Source: ANME-2 cluster archaeon
GTDB taxonomy: Archaea; Halobacteriota; Methanosarcinia; Methanosarcinales; Methanocomedenaceae
DNA length: 64,000 nt
Direction of reading: 5' to 3'
NCBI GenBank assembly: GCA_014237145.1
Contig: JAAXOC010000096.1
Location: 60,138 to 124,137 of the forward strand
The notes beneath the pieces are model-generated. The model was not told the origin of the DNA. It did not search any database and saw only the letters and a program-made list of their open reading frames with translations. The position numbers were made by a program, and so were the translations under genes. This document shows positions 31,445 through 43,141 of the stretch, piece by piece; position 1 is the first letter of the stretch; every line of letters begins with the position of its first letter.

Positions 31445-32182
31445 ATGTTCAAGGCAATTATAGAATCTGAAAAACTCAAAGAAACCATTGAAGCAGTTTC
31501 AAGTATTGTTGATGAGGCCAAGATCAATCTAGCTCCTGACGGGATGTCGGTAAAGGCAGTGGACCCGGCCAATGTGGCAATGATCACCCTTAACCTGAAA
31601 TCCGCTGCTTTTGAAGAGTTCACGGCCACCGAAGGCGAACTGGGTGTGGACTTGAACAGGTTGAACGATATCCTGGGTATGGCTGAAAAAGCAGAGACCG
31701 TGGAAATAGAGCTGGATGAAGAATCCCACAAACTTGTTATAGGGATGAGCGGCCTGACCTATAAGATATCGCTGCTTGATCCTGCTTCTATTCGCAAGGA
31801 ACCAAAGGTACCACAACTGGAACTTCCTGCCCGCATTGTGCTGTCTGGCAATGACCTGAAACGTGCCGTCAAGGCCGCTGAAAAGGTATCCGACCATATG
31901 GGCATGGGAATAGATGGAGAAATATTCTATCTTGAAGCAGAAGGTGACTCGGACCGGATGCGGCTTGATATGACCAGGGACCAGCTAATTAGTCTTGAAC
32001 CCGGAGATGCCCGTTCATTGTTCTCACTGGATTACCTTTCAGATATGGTCAAGTCAGCAGGCAAGGCAAATGAAGTCACTATAGAACTGGGCAAGGATTT
32101 CCCAACAATGATAAAATTCCAGATCGCTGGCGGGAATGGCGAAGTAAACTATCTCCTGGCACCGAGGATCGAATCTGATTAA
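31445..32182 (+). CDS. pcn: DNA polymerase sliding clamp PCNA
   Basis: The 245-aa ORF starts MFKAIIESEKLKETIEAVSSIVDEAKINLAPDGMSVKAVDPANVAM. Confidence 0.9.
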   Translation: MFKAIIESEKLKETIEAVSSIVDEAKINLAPDGMSVKAVDPANVAMITLNLKSAAFEEFTATEGELGVDLNRLNDILGMAEKAETVEIELDEESHKLVIGMSGLTYKISLLDPASIRKEPKVPQLELPARIVLSGNDLKRAVKAAEKVSDHMGMGIDGEIFYLEAEGDSDRMRLDMTRDQLISLEPGDARSLFSLDYLSDMVKSAGKANEVTIELGKDFPTMIKFQIAGGNGEVNYLLAPRIESD

Positions 32183-32190
32183 TATTTGCA

Positions 32191-33285
32191 ATGGATGAAG
32201 CAAGACTATCTGAATATCCATTTTTAACAAAAGCAGCTGAATATGTTGCAGGGATGGATTCCACTATAGATGAAATCCTTGTATCACGTGGATACGGCAT
32301 GGCACGCAGCCGTGCTAAATCAAGGGTCATCCAGGCCATTAAAGGGGAGATTAAGACTGAAGATATGGGGCTGGCCACACCCGAACTTTTATCATATCCC
32401 ATTGCCCGGATACTTGTCTCATGTATAGATGATGCTTTCCTGATAAGGCGGTATGCTCTTGCAGAGGCAAAGTTTGCAAATTCCAGGATGGGAAAAGAAG
32501 ATGATAATATCCTGACTGAGATCGGCCGGGATTTCAACATCAATGCCAGTATTATCGATAAGGGTTTCAGGATCCATTTTACAGATTATATCAGGGGAGC
32601 CGCTGGAATGCGGGCGCTGAAATGGAAGCTGGTGAACCGCAGGCTGGAATCCGGATACGTGAACATCACCAAGGAACAGTATGCCAGACTGCTGCAGGAG
32701 GCCGTCAGGGTCCGTATCTCGGAAGCACTTCCACTGGATGTGCCCGATATGTTCTGCCAGGCCATGGCCGACGATATCAAAGAGATCAAGACCTGCCTGG
32801 AAGAGATCAAGAAGGAGTTTGATGAGGAGGGGTTTGGCCAAGTTGAACCAGGGGATTTCCCTCCATGTATCGTACATCTCCTTTCCAGTGCCCAGGGCGG
32901 TGTCAACCTTGCCCATTCGGCCAGGTTTGCCCTGACGTCCTTTTTACTGAACATCGGCCTGTCTGTGGACCAGGTAGTACAGATGTTCAATGTCTCACCT
33001 GATTTCAATGAGGAGATGACGCATTACCAGGTAGATCATATTGCGGGCTCGACAGGCACTTCCTACAAACCTCCAGCATGCACAACCATGATCACTTACG
33101 GCAACTGCTACAACAAGGATGAAATATGCAGGACTATTGGCCATCCTCTTAGCTACTACAGGAAGAAGAAAAAAATCCAGCACGAAAAGCTGACTGGAAG
33201 CAACAAACCAGAAGGCACCATACCTAAAAGCACCATGCCTGAAAATTCAAGTGTAAAAAGTGAGGACATAAGTAACAAAGGATAA
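32191..33285 (+). CDS. priL: DNA primase large subunit PriL
   Basis: The 364-aa ORF has FPPCIVHLL...HSARFALTSFLLNIG plus C-terminal Cys residues for the Fe-S cluster. Confidence 0.85.
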   Translation: MDEARLSEYPFLTKAAEYVAGMDSTIDEILVSRGYGMARSRAKSRVIQAIKGEIKTEDMGLATPELLSYPIARILVSCIDDAFLIRRYALAEAKFANSRMGKEDDNILTEIGRDFNINASIIDKGFRIHFTDYIRGAAGMRALKWKLVNRRLESGYVNITKEQYARLLQEAVRVRISEALPLDVPDMFCQAMADDIKEIKTCLEEIKKEFDEEGFGQVEPGDFPPCIVHLLSSAQGGVNLAHSARFALTSFLLNIGLSVDQVVQMFNVSPDFNEEMTHYQVDHIAGSTGTSYKPPACTTMITYGNCYNKDEICRTIGHPLSYYRKKKKIQHEKLTGSNKPEGTIPKSTMPENSSVKSEDISNKG

Positions 33286-33291
33286 AGTTAA

Positions 33292-33343
33292 ATATTCAAC
33301 AGTCATACCAATATTCAACAGTCATACCAATATTCAACTATCA
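33292..33343. repeat. 19-nt tandem repeat, about 2.7 copies
   Basis: atattcaacagtcatacca occurs at 33292-33310 and 33311-33329, followed by a partial copy. It lies immediately after the priL stop. Confidence 0.9.
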
Positions 33344-33551
33344 TTAATAAAGTTCGTTTGGGTTTAAAAAGCTAGATACATAATATGTCAAACAAAAGAA
33401 AGGTTTAAATCCAATGCATTCCTTAATGGAGCGGTACGTCTGCATAGCATCCAGAAGTACCATATCCAAATCGGTGAAGAATTGTTCGGTAGAAAAAATT
33501 TGTGCCTAAATTTTGTAAGAGGTTTAGACATAGCTACCGCTATCCATCAGT

Positions 33552-33658
33552 GGGCTCGTAGCTCAGACAGGCAGAGCACCTGGCTTTTAAGGTGTATGGA
33601 AAAGACCCATGCATTGGAAGATACCAGATGGTCGGGGGTTCAAATCCCTCCGAGCCCG
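33552..33658 (+). tRNA. tRNA-Lys (anticodon UUU) with a 33-nt intron at the canonical 37/38 position
   Basis: The acceptor is GGGCTCG/CGAGCCC. The D arm is GCTC...GAGC. The anticodon arm is CCTGG-CTTTTA[intron 33590-33622]A-CCAGA. The T arm is GGGGG-TTCAAAT-CCCTC, and the discriminator is G. Removing the intron gives a 74-nt tRNA. Confidence 0.75.
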
Positions 33659-33690
33659 TTTTTTAGATATTTAGGGGGATGAATTAAGTA

Positions 33691-33936
33691 ATGAAAGGTA
33701 CGAAAAGTTTCAGTTTATTAGATCACAATATAGTGCCCCATCATCTATTACTGTCAGAGAATGAGGCAAGCCAGGTTTTAAAAAAATATAGCATCGATAA
33801 AGAGCAATTGCCAAAAATAAAAGTAAAGGAACCGGTGATCCTGGAAATAGGGGGCCAGGTCGGCGACATAGTCAAGATTATACGAACCAGTCAGACTGCG
33901 GGAGAGGCCGAATTCTACAGACTGGTAATTGAATAA
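33691..33936 (+). CDS. rpoH: RNA polymerase subunit H (Rpo5)
   Basis: The 81-aa ORF has HNIVPHHLLLSENEASQVLKKYSIDKEQLPKI. Confidence 0.9.
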   Translation: MKGTKSFSLLDHNIVPHHLLLSENEASQVLKKYSIDKEQLPKIKVKEPVILEIGGQVGDIVKIIRTSQTAGEAEFYRLVIE

Positions 33937-34000
33937 CCGGACAGATGAACATCAAACTGTCAATAAATCCGTTTTACTTAAACCAGGAAGGTGCAAAGCT

Positions 34001-35569
34001 GTGTTAAATAGAGAAATATTATCCCGGGCATACTTTACGCGGGATAAGATAGTCCGACACCATATAGAATCATTCAATGATTTTTTGGATTACGGAATGC
34101 AGAAGGTCATCAATGAGCAAGGGGTCATTGAGACTGATATAGAAGATACGTATGTAAAACTCGGAGAGATCAGGGTTGGCAATCCGTTGGTAAAAGAAGC
34201 CGACGGTGCCCAGGATATGCTATACCCAAATGATGCAAGATTAAGGGATATCACATACTCGGCCCCGATACATCTTGAGATGACCATCGTCCAGGGAGAA
34301 AAAGAACATGAACCAGTGGAGGCTATTATCGGTCAGCTTCCCATTATGCTGATGAGCAAAGGCTGCAACCTGGTCGATATGACCCATGATGAAATGATAG
34401 AGATGGGAGAAGACCCGCTGGACCCGGGTGGCTATTTCATTGTGAACGGAACTGAGAGGGTCCTGATGACCCTGGAAGATCTGGCTCCTAATAAGATACT
34501 GGTGGAGTTCGAGGAACGTTACGGTGACAAGATCGAAGTTGCCAAGGTGTTCAGTGAACGTAGGGGATACAGGGCACTGGCCGTTGTCGAACGCGGTCGT
34601 AAGGCCATCATAGAAGTAAGTTTCCCGTCCATTTCAGGACGTTTGGCTTTTGTTACATTAATGCGGGCCCTCGGAATTGAGACTGATGAGGATATCGTAA
34701 ATACAGTGTCATTCGACCCTGAAGTAGTGAAGTTCATGATGGAAAACCTGGAGGAAGCCGAAGCCCATACCTGTGAAGAGGCTATGGAAAAAGTGGGTAA
34801 CAGGGTTGCCGCCGGCCAGACAGGGGAATACCAGATAAAAAGAGCAAATTATGTGATCGACAGGTACCTTCTGCCGCACCTGGGTAATGACCAGTCGCAC
34901 AGGATCGTGAAAGCCCAGTACCTGGGCCGGATGGCAGAGGCCTGCTTTGAACTGGCACTGGGACGGAGACGTCCGGATGATAAGGATCATTATTCCAATA
35001 AACGTCTCAAACTTAGCGGAAATTTGATGGAAGACCTGTTCAGGGTATCTTTCAACAGGCTGGCAAGGGATGTAAAGTACCAGCTTGAGCGGGCAAATAT
35101 GCGTAACCGTGACCTCAATGTGATAACTGTGGTCAGGGCTGATGTACTTACAGAGAGACTGGGCCACCCGCTGGCCACAGGTAACTGGGTCGGAGGCAGG
35201 GCAGGCGTATCCCAACTCCTGGACCGTATAGATTACATGGCATCCCTTTCACACCTTCGCAGGGTGATATCTCCCCTTTCCAGGGCACAGCCCCATTTCG
35301 AGGCAAGGGACCTTCATCCCACCCAGTGGGGCCGCATATGTCCATCGGAAACGCCTGAAGGACCTAACTGCGGGCTGGTGAAGAACTTTGCCCAGATGGT
35401 GGAGGTATCGACCGATGTGTTTGATGTAAATGGGTTGAAACAGACACTGTATAACCTGAATGTAGTACATGTGGCACCAAATACCATGAATCTGGATGAA
35501 GCATATGGCACTTATGCCACTGAGCTTGAAGCTATGGAAGAGGAAGTTGAGTATAACGAAGGGGCGTGA
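34001..35569 (+). CDS. rpoB2: RNA polymerase subunit B'' (Rpo2 N-terminal half)
   Basis: It is homologous to the N-terminal half of Rpo2. I prefer the GTG at 34001, which follows aggaaggtg. The track ORF starts at TTG 33929. Confidence 0.9.
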   Translation: MLNREILSRAYFTRDKIVRHHIESFNDFLDYGMQKVINEQGVIETDIEDTYVKLGEIRVGNPLVKEADGAQDMLYPNDARLRDITYSAPIHLEMTIVQGEKEHEPVEAIIGQLPIMLMSKGCNLVDMTHDEMIEMGEDPLDPGGYFIVNGTERVLMTLEDLAPNKILVEFEERYGDKIEVAKVFSERRGYRALAVVERGRKAIIEVSFPSISGRLAFVTLMRALGIETDEDIVNTVSFDPEVVKFMMENLEEAEAHTCEEAMEKVGNRVAAGQTGEYQIKRANYVIDRYLLPHLGNDQSHRIVKAQYLGRMAEACFELALGRRRPDDKDHYSNKRLKLSGNLMEDLFRVSFNRLARDVKYQLERANMRNRDLNVITVVRADVLTERLGHPLATGNWVGGRAGVSQLLDRIDYMASLSHLRRVISPLSRAQPHFEARDLHPTQWGRICPSETPEGPNCGLVKNFAQMVEVSTDVFDVNGLKQTLYNLNVVHVAPNTMNLDEAYGTYATELEAMEEEVEYNEGA

Positions 35570-37389
35570 ATCCTTTGAATAAAACAAGAGTATTCTTAAA
35601 CGGGGAACTACTTGGTTATCATGACAATCCTGAAGAACTGGTCAGCAATGTCAAACAGATGCGCAGGGCCGGTACAATACCCATACAGGTAAATGTGACC
35701 TTCCACCCAAAGACTCACGAAATAATTATAAATAGTGATGATGGCAGAGCCAGAAGACCGGTTATTATTGTTGAGAACGGAAAATCCCTGTTAAGAGAGG
35801 AACATATAGAGCTACTAAATAACAAGGAGATCGAGTTCGATGACCTGGTCAAGATGGGATTAATTGAGTATCTTGATGCCGAGGAGGAAGAGAACTGTTT
35901 CGTTGCCGTGAATGAAGCCGATATTACACCGGAACATACTCATCTTGAGATCGATCCGTCCCTTATACTTGGTATCTGTACCGGCATGATCCCGTTCCCT
36001 GAGCACAATGCATCACCCAGGAACACTATGGGTGCAGGTATGGTAAAACAATGCCTCGGAGTGCCGGTAGCAAACTTGAGATTACGACCCGATACCAGGG
36101 GACATTTAATGCATTATCCCCAGAAAGCAATGGTGCACACCCAGACCTCGGATGTGATCGGGTTCGATGAAAGGGCAGCAGGCCAGAACTTTGTTGTTGC
36201 TGTACTTTCTTATGAAGGATATAATATTGAGGATGCCCTGGTCGTTAATAAGGGTAGTATAGAACGTGGTCTTGGAAGAAGTCATTTCTTCAGGACTCTT
36301 GGAGGTGAGGAGAGGCGCTATCCCGGAGGGCAGGAGGATAAGTTCGAGATCCCTGACCAGGAAGTAAGGGGAGCACGCGGACCAGAAGTGTATTCCCAAT
36401 TGGATGAGGATGGTATTGTCAATCCTGAGGTCATTGTAGATCACAATGATGTACTTATTGGGAAGACCAGTCCACCCAGGTTCCTTGAAGAGCCCACTGA
36501 ACTGGGTCTTAGTCCCCAGCAGAGACGCGAGTCCAGCGTTACTATGCGTTCAAATGAAATGGGCATTGTGGATGCAGTTATTCTTACTGAGAGCGTAAAC
36601 GGGGCCCGGCTGGCAAAGGTCAGGGTACGTGACCAGAGAATCCCGGAACTAGGTGATAAGTTCGCATCAAGGCACGGACAGAAAGGTGTGCTTGGACTGA
36701 TACAGCCATTTGAAGATATGCCATTCACGGAATCAGGGATGGTCCCCGACCTTGTGATCAATCCCCACGCTATCCCCTCAAGGATGACTGTGGCACATGT
36801 ACTTGAGATGATCGGAGGCAAGGTGGGCAGTCTTGAAGGCAGGCGTATCAATGCCACTCCATTCTCAGGGGAATCCGAAGATGACCTGAGGCTTGACCTG
36901 AAACGTGCGGGTTATTCTCATACAGGCAAAGAAGTATTCTATGATGGTAAAACAGGAAAGAAGATCGAAGCTGACGTGTTCATTGGCGTGATCCTTTACC
37001 AGAAGCTCTACCATATGGTTTCTTCAAAGATCCATGCCAGGAGCAGGGGTCCGGTGCAGGTGCTTACCAGGCAGCCCACAGAAGGCAGGGCCAGGGAAGG
37101 CGGTCTCAGGTTCGGCGAGATGGAACGAGATGTGCTTATCGGGCACGGTGCATCCCTTACCCTGAAAGAAAGATTGCTGGATGAATCAGATAAGGTGGAC
37201 CAACTTGTTTGTTCTCATTGTGGTATGGTAGCTACCCATGACAAGAGAAGGAACATGGTGTTCTGTCCCAACTGCGGAGCAGAGACTGGAATATATACCG
37301 TTGAGATGAGCTATGCATTCAAGTTACTGCTGGATGAGATCAAGTCACTTGGTGTTGCCCCCAGGCTTATTCTGGAGGATGCGGTTTAG
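35566..37389 (+). CDS. rpoB1: RNA polymerase subunit B' (Rpo2 C-terminal half)
   Basis: The 607-aa ORF has [13 protein letters not shown] and a C-terminal zinc ribbon, CSHCG...CPNCG. Confidence 0.95.
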   Translation: MNPLNKTRVFLNGELLGYHDNPEELVSNVKQMRRAGTIPIQVNVTFHPKTHEIIINSDDGRARRPVIIVENGKSLLREEHIELLNNKEIEFDDLVKMGLIEYLDAEEEENCFVAVNEADITPEHTHLEIDPSLILGICTGMIPFPEHNASPRNTMGAGMVKQCLGVPVANLRLRPDTRGHLMHYPQKAMVHTQTSDVIGFDERAAGQNFVVAVLSYEGYNIEDALVVNKGSIERGLGRSHFFRTLGGEERRYPGGQEDKFEIPDQEVRGARGPEVYSQLDEDGIVNPEVIVDHNDVLIGKTSPPRFLEEPTELGLSPQQRRESSVTMRSNEMGIVDAVILTESVNGARLAKVRVRDQRIPELGDKFASRHGQKGVLGLIQPFEDMPFTESGMVPDLVINPHAIPSRMTVAHVLEMIGGKVGSLEGRRINATPFSGESEDDLRLDLKRAGYSHTGKEVFYDGKTGKKIEADVFIGVILYQKLYHMVSSKIHARSRGPVQVLTRQPTEGRAREGGLRFGEMERDVLIGHGASLTLKERLLDESDKVDQLVCSHCGMVATHDKRRNMVFCPNCGAETGIYTVEMSYAFKLLLDEIKSLGVAPRLILEDAV

Positions 37390-37399
37390 AGGTGATTAG

Positions 37400-40045
37400 A
37401 TGATTAAAACAGTTCCAAAGCGTATAAAAGAAATCAGGTTCGGGCTAATATCACCCAAAGAGTACAGGAAGATGAGTGTGACCCGTGTAATTACCGCAGA
37501 TACTTATGATGACGACGGTTTCCCAATAGAAATGGGTTTGATGGATCCCCGAATGGGTGTTATCGACCCCGGTCTTCGCTGCAAGACCTGCGGAGGCAGG
37601 GCAGGCGAGTGTCCTGGTCATTTTGGACATGTAGAACTCATCGCACCCGTCATACATGTAGGTTTTGCAAAATTGATACGCAAGGTATTAAGGGCCACAT
37701 GCAGGGAATGCAGTGCACTGCTTCTGGATTCTAACCAGAAAAAGAAATACCTTGAACAGATCAGGACAATGAGAAAGATGGGGCAGCCAATAGAGGATAT
37801 CACCAAAGAGGTATTCAAAGAGGCAAGGAAGCCCAAGACCTGCATGTATTGTGGTGCAGGGCAGCTTGATATCAAGGTGGAAAAACCATCTACATATGTC
37901 GAGAAGATGGGAGATCACGATCATAAACTAATGCCTTCTGATATAAGGGTGAGGCTGGAGAAGATAACCAACGACGATATCGAAGTCATTGGCATGGATC
38001 CCAATAACGCCAGGCCCGAATGGGTAATATTGACTGTACTGCCGGTACCGCCGGTGACCATGCGTCCAAGTATAACGCTTGAGAGCGGGCAGAGGAGCGA
38101 GGATGACCTCACCCATAAACTGGTGGATATTATCAGGATCAACCAGAGGTTCCAGGAGAACCGTGAAGCTGGTGCACCCCAGCTTATCATCGAGGACCTG
38201 TGGGAACTGCTGCAGTACCATGTGACAACGTTCATGGATAATGCGGTATCAGGCGTACCCCCTGCCAGGCACCGTTCAGGAAGGCCGCTTAAGACCCTGT
38301 CCCAGAGATTGAAGGGGAAGGAAGGCAGGTTCAGGGGCAGTTTATCAGGCAAAAGGGTAAATTTCAGTGCAAGGACCGTCATTTCACCTGACCCCAACCT
38401 GAGCGTCAGCGAAGTGGGTGTGCCACTATCCATTGCCATGGAAATGACCATACCTGTCTACGTGACAAAGCGTAATATCGAACAGGTGCGTGAATATATC
38501 AAGCGGGGGCCTGACAACCATCCCGGTGCCAATTATATCGAGCGCAGTGACAGGCGCAGGATCAAGATCACTGACAGTAATTGCGAGGAAATGGCAGAGA
38601 CTGTTGAGTTAGGATGGAAGATTGACAGGCAATTGAAGAACGGGGATATTGTGTTATTTAACAGGCAGCCTTCATTGCACAGGATGAGTATCATGGCACA
38701 TGAGGTCAAGGTACTGCCCCACAAGACTTTCAGGTTGAATCCTGCCGTATGTCCGCCCTACAATGCTGACTTTGACGGTGATGAGATGAACATGCATGTG
38801 CTCCAGACCGAAGAGGCAAGGGCAGAGGCAATGATGCTTATACATGTACAGGAAAATATCCTGTCTCCCAGGTTCGGCGGTCCCATCATTGGCGGAATAC
38901 ATGACCACATCTCTGGTATGTACTTGCTGACCAGGGGAGACAGCAGACTCAGTAAGAGTGAAATACTGGACATGCTCAGCAAAACCAAGATAGAAGAGTT
39001 ATCTGAACCGGCAGGTGAAGTGGATGGCAAGCCTTACTGGACTGGAAAACAGGCAGTCAGCCATATTCTGCCGTCTGGATTGAACATGGCATACAAGGCA
39101 GGGATATGCGAGAATTGTGATACCTGTAAAGAGGAAAACTGTGAGCTGGACGCCTATGTGCTTGTTAAGGACGGCCAGTTATTGAGCGGTACTATTGAAG
39201 AAAAAGCCGTTGGCGCATTCAAGGGATTAATAGTTGACAAGATCATCAAGGATTATGGTTCGGCCAGGGGACTGCAATTCATCAATGATGCTACCATGCT
39301 TGGAATAAAGGGTGTTATGCATTACGGTTTCAGTTTCGGGATCAATGATGAGGATATACCAGATGAGGCCAGTATCCAGATATCTGAACTGCTGAGTGAA
39401 GCTGAGGATAGGGTCATGAACCTGATTTTAGTTTATAATGAAGGAAACCTTGAACCTCTGCCAGGCAGGACCGTGGATGAGACACTGGAACTGAAGATCA
39501 TGCAGGAGCTTGGCAAGGCAAGGGATTCAACTGGTAATATTGCCGGTAAATACCTTGGCCTGGAAAATGCCGCTGTGGTTATGGCAGTTTCAGGTGCCAG
39601 GGGTTCTATGTTGAACCTGACCCAGATGGCGGGATGCGTGGGCCAGCAGGCAGTGAGGGGTGAGCGTATCAAGCGAGGTTATGCAGGCAGGACACTTTCC
39701 AATTTCCATACCGGTGACCTGGGTGCGGCAGCTCACGGGTTTGTGAAGAACAGTTATAAGAGCGGCCTCTCGCCTACCGAATACTTTTTCCATGCTATTG
39801 GTGGCAGGGAAGGGCTGGTGGATACGGCTGTCAGGACATCCCAGAGCGGTTACCTGCAGCGCAGGTTGGTCAATGCGCTCCAGGACCTGGAGGTCCAGTA
39901 TGATGGGACTGTGAAGGATACCAGGGGCATGGTTGTCCAGTTCAGGTATGGTGAAGATGGTATAGACCCAATGAAAAGTGAATTCAGCAAGCCACAGGCC
40001 ATAAAGTGGATAATAGAATCTGTTACTTCAAAGGAGGTAGAATAA
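37400..40045 (+). CDS. rpoA1: RNA polymerase subunit A' (Rpo1 N-terminal part)
   Basis: The 881-aa ORF has the catalytic [10 protein letters not shown] motif. Confidence 0.95.
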   Translation: MIKTVPKRIKEIRFGLISPKEYRKMSVTRVITADTYDDDGFPIEMGLMDPRMGVIDPGLRCKTCGGRAGECPGHFGHVELIAPVIHVGFAKLIRKVLRATCRECSALLLDSNQKKKYLEQIRTMRKMGQPIEDITKEVFKEARKPKTCMYCGAGQLDIKVEKPSTYVEKMGDHDHKLMPSDIRVRLEKITNDDIEVIGMDPNNARPEWVILTVLPVPPVTMRPSITLESGQRSEDDLTHKLVDIIRINQRFQENREAGAPQLIIEDLWELLQYHVTTFMDNAVSGVPPARHRSGRPLKTLSQRLKGKEGRFRGSLSGKRVNFSARTVISPDPNLSVSEVGVPLSIAMEMTIPVYVTKRNIEQVREYIKRGPDNHPGANYIERSDRRRIKITDSNCEEMAETVELGWKIDRQLKNGDIVLFNRQPSLHRMSIMAHEVKVLPHKTFRLNPAVCPPYNADFDGDEMNMHVLQTEEARAEAMMLIHVQENILSPRFGGPIIGGIHDHISGMYLLTRGDSRLSKSEILDMLSKTKIEELSEPAGEVDGKPYWTGKQAVSHILPSGLNMAYKAGICENCDTCKEENCELDAYVLVKDGQLLSGTIEEKAVGAFKGLIVDKIIKDYGSARGLQFINDATMLGIKGVMHYGFSFGINDEDIPDEASIQISELLSEAEDRVMNLILVYNEGNLEPLPGRTVDETLELKIMQELGKARDSTGNIAGKYLGLENAAVVMAVSGARGSMLNLTQMAGCVGQQAVRGERIKRGYAGRTLSNFHTGDLGAAAHGFVKNSYKSGLSPTEYFFHAIGGREGLVDTAVRTSQSGYLQRRLVNALQDLEVQYDGTVKDTRGMVVQFRYGEDGIDPMKSEFSKPQAIKWIIESVTSKEVE

Positions 40046-41193
40046 TGGCAGTGAGCCAGAAGACCATTGAAGAGATGACCAGAAACCTGCAACTGCCAAA
40101 GAACATCCTTGATACTCTCCATAAAGAGCTTGAAGAGACAAAAGTGACCAAAAAGCAGCTTGAGGATATCATAAAGCGGGTTATTGAAGGTTATGAATAC
40201 GCCCGTATTGAGCCGTGTGAAGCTGCCGGTGTGGTCTCGGCCCAGAGTATTGGTGAACCTGGTACCCAGATGACCATGCGGACATTCCACTATGCGGGTG
40301 TGGCTGAGATCAACGTTACACTGGGCCTGCCCAGACTGATCGAGATCGTGGATGCCAGGAAAAACCCGTCTACGCCCATGATGTCGGTCTACTTGACAGA
40401 GGATTATGCCCATGACCGGGACATGGCCCGTAAACTGGCATGGAATATAGAGGCCACCCATATCAGTCACCTGGGCAGCTTGTCTACAGATATCACAGAA
40501 ATGGCATTGATGATCGAACTCAATGAGAAAGTGATCAACCAGCGTGAGATCACACCAGAGGAAGTGGCAGGGAAACTGGAGGAGGAATTGGGATTGGCCG
40601 TACTGATAGATGGTAATGTGCTTACGGTACATCCGGAGAATGAGTCGTACAGGGAACTGCTCCAGCTTGGCAAAAATATAGAGAACGTAACCCTTAAGGG
40701 AATAAGTGATATCAAACGTGTGGTCATCAGGAAAGAGGATACCATTGACGAATATGTACTGTATACTGAAGGATCGTCGCTGAAACACATTGATGAACTG
40801 GATGGTGTGGATATGACCCGGTCCACCACTAATAATATCAATGAGATCTATGAAGTCTTCGGTATCGAGGCTGCCAGGAATAGTATAATAAAAGAAGCTA
40901 CAGACACACTTCGTGAACAGGGGCTGTCAGTTGATGTACGGCATATCATGCTGGTGGCTGATATCATGACCGTTGACGGGGAAGTGAAGGCTATTGGCAG
41001 GCACGGCATTTCGGGTGAAAAGGCCAGTGTGCTTGCACGGGCGGCTTTCGAGGTCACAGTGAACCACCTGTTGGATGCAGGTACGAGGGGAGATATTGAC
41101 GAACTGAGGGGTGTGACCGAGAATGTTATTGTGGGACAGCCAATTCAACTCGGGACCGGTCATGTCAAACTCCTGGCAGCAAAAAGAACTTAA
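40045..41193 (+). CDS. rpoA2: RNA polymerase subunit A'' (Rpo1 C-terminal part)
   Basis: The ATG at 40045 ([11 protein letters not shown]) follows aaggagg and overlaps the rpoA1 stop by 1 nt. The track ORF starts at 40006. Confidence 0.95.
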   Translation: MAVSQKTIEEMTRNLQLPKNILDTLHKELEETKVTKKQLEDIIKRVIEGYEYARIEPCEAAGVVSAQSIGEPGTQMTMRTFHYAGVAEINVTLGLPRLIEIVDARKNPSTPMMSVYLTEDYAHDRDMARKLAWNIEATHISHLGSLSTDITEMALMIELNEKVINQREITPEEVAGKLEEELGLAVLIDGNVLTVHPENESYRELLQLGKNIENVTLKGISDIKRVVIRKEDTIDEYVLYTEGSSLKHIDELDGVDMTRSTTNNINEIYEVFGIEAARNSIIKEATDTLREQGLSVDVRHIMLVADIMTVDGEVKAIGRHGISGEKASVLARAAFEVTVNHLLDAGTRGDIDELRGVTENVIVGQPIQLGTGHVKLLAAKRT

Positions 41194-41238
41194 ATAATAA
41201 GACCCAGTAGATAAAAAAAATCATACAGGATGATATTC

Positions 41239-41529
41239 ATGGATTTAGACCTTAATAAAATACTGAGAATCGCGGTCCAGACCGGAAAGGTATCGATCGG
41301 ATCAAGGCAAACAGTGAAGGTTGTGGATAATTACCAGGCCAAGGCTGTAGTGCTTGCGTCAAACTGTCCCGCTGACGTACGGGACAGGGTTACTGGGAAA
41401 GTTCCTGTGATCGACTTTCCAGGCAATGGTGTCGAACTGGGTACGATCTGCAGCAAACCGTTCGCTGTTGCGGCAATGGCTGTGGAGGATCCAGGGGAAT
41501 CGAAAATATTAGGAATAATAAAAGGATAA
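41239..41529 (+). CDS. rpl30e: Ribosomal protein L30e (eL30)
   Basis: It starts MDLDLNKILRIAVQTGKVSIGSRQT. The track ORF starts 9 nt upstream. Confidence 0.9.
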   Translation: MDLDLNKILRIAVQTGKVSIGSRQTVKVVDNYQAKAVVLASNCPADVRDRVTGKVPVIDFPGNGVELGTICSKPFAVAAMAVEDPGESKILGIIKG

Positions 41530-41540
41530 AGGGTGTATAA

Positions 41541-41972
41541 TTGAGCGAAGTTAAACTCTCCACTGATGGAATTCGCTATATAGCATTATTCGAGAATACC
41601 ACCGGAGCCACTGCAAGGGATTGTCTCCTGGATGATGATAACAACAGGGTAATATTTGTTGTTAAAACGGGAGATATGGGCATGGCCATAGGTAAGAACG
41701 GTGAGCATGTCAACAAGCTTGTAAAAAGTATCGGGCGCCACGTTGAAGTGGTGGAGTATAACGACGACCCTGTTATTTTTATACAGAACCTGCTCCAGCC
41801 TGCCAATGCCAATAACGTAAAGATTGGATATAAGGGTGACAAACGTATAGCTTATGTAGAAGTAAAAACTAAAGAGAAGGGTCTTGCCATAGGGCGAAAT
41901 GGAAAGAACATTGAAAAAGTGAAGGTTCTTGCCAAACGACATCATGATATAGATGATGTGACAATCCAGTAG
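41541..41972 (+). CDS. nusA: Archaeal NusA-like KH-domain transcription factor
   Basis: The 143-aa ORF has a TTG start and two KH-type GxxG motifs (AIGKNGEHV and AIGRNGKNI). Confidence 0.85.
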   Translation: MSEVKLSTDGIRYIALFENTTGATARDCLLDDDNNRVIFVVKTGDMGMAIGKNGEHVNKLVKSIGRHVEVVEYNDDPVIFIQNLLQPANANNVKIGYKGDKRIAYVEVKTKEKGLAIGRNGKNIEKVKVLAKRHHDIDDVTIQ

Positions 41973-42017
41973 CCTGCAAGAATTCCAGATAATTAATTTC
42001 ACAGGAAGTATCATAAT

Positions 42018-42446
42018 ATGGGAAATGGAAAATATGCTGCCCGCAAACTAAAAGATGACCGGGAAAATTTCAGGTGGAGCGACAGGAAATACCTCAGGCG
42101 CGCCCTGAAGCTTAATGTAAAGGCAGATCCCCTTGGAGGCGCTCCACAGGGAAGGGGTATTGTACTTGAGAAAGTTGGTGTAGAGGCAAAACAGCCCAAC
42201 TCTGCCATTAGGAAATGTGTAAGGATACAATTGATCAAGAACGGACGGCAGGTTACTGCTTTTTGCCCTGGTGATGGTGCTATCAATTTCATAGATGAAC
42301 ATGATGAAGTGACCGTGGAACGTATCGGCGGCCGCATGGGCGGTGCAAAGGGTGACATTCCCGGTGTAAGGTTCAAGGTAACCGCAGTGAACGATATGAG
42401 TCTCAACGAGATGGTGATCGGACGCAAAGAGAAGCCAATGAGGTAG
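42018..42446 (+). CDS. rps12: Ribosomal protein S12 (uS12)
   Basis: The 142-aa ORF has [15 protein letters not shown]. Confidence 0.95.
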   Translation: MGNGKYAARKLKDDRENFRWSDRKYLRRALKLNVKADPLGGAPQGRGIVLEKVGVEAKQPNSAIRKCVRIQLIKNGRQVTAFCPGDGAINFIDEHDEVTVERIGGRMGGAKGDIPGVRFKVTAVNDMSLNEMVIGRKEKPMR

Positions 42447-42450
42447 GTGT

Positions 42451-43011
42451 ATGAACAAGATTTTCGATAAATGGGATACTACAGAAGTTCAGGTCGATGA
42501 TATTAGCGTTGAGAGATATATCAACTTAAAGCCTGTTATGCTGCCTTATTCCGGAGGAAAACACGCCAGACAGCAGTTCAATAAGTCCAACCAGCATATT
42601 GTTGAGAGACTTATCAACAAGATGATGCAGTCTGAGAACAACACAGGCAAGAAGATGACCAACTACAGGATCGTTAAGGAATCTTTTGAGATCATTAATA
42701 AAAAGACCAAGGAAAATCCGATCCAGATACTGGTCAATGCTATCATTAATGCCGGACCCAGGGAGGAAACGGTCAGGTTGAAGTACGGGGGGATCGCTGT
42801 ACCAAAGGCTGTGGACAGTGCACCCCAGCGCAGGGTGGATACTGCACTGCGGCTTGTGGCTGCAGGAGCGTACAAGTCTTCATTTAAGAAAAGGCGGCCT
42901 ATTGAGGAAGCCCTGGCAAATGAGATAATAGCAGCCGCAAACTACGATGTCAAGTCCTATTCTATTAACAAGAAGGAAGGAAAGGAACGGGTGGCAAAGG
43001 CTGCAAGGTAA
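42451..43011 (+). CDS. rps7: Ribosomal protein S7 (uS7)
   Basis: The 186-aa ORF is called from its operon position. Confidence 0.95.
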   Translation: MNKIFDKWDTTEVQVDDISVERYINLKPVMLPYSGGKHARQQFNKSNQHIVERLINKMMQSENNTGKKMTNYRIVKESFEIINKKTKENPIQILVNAIINAGPREETVRLKYGGIAVPKAVDSAPQRRVDTALRLVAAGAYKSSFKKRRPIEEALANEIIAAANYDVKSYSINKKEGKERVAKAAR

Positions 43012-43019
43012 TCTATAAT

Positions 43020-43049
43020 ATTGCGGCTTTGCCGCAATCATTTTTTTTA
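43020..43049 (+). terminator. Hairpin plus T8 tract after rps7
   Basis: attgcggc(43020-43027)/gccgcaat(43031-43038) form a stem, followed by tttttttt (43041-43048). Confidence 0.55.
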
Positions 43050-43141
43050 TTTTCAAGGACGGAATCTTTTTTTTATTAATACAGATACTTAAAAACCAGA
43101 TAATTAATAATCAGATACTAGAATTTATTGAGGAAATAGAT

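Noticed and set aside
39850-40788. A 312-aa minus-strand ORF.
   Set aside because: It is antisense to rpoA1/rpoA2. The sequence is not protein-like (H/F/C-rich) and overlaps essential, unmistakable genes.
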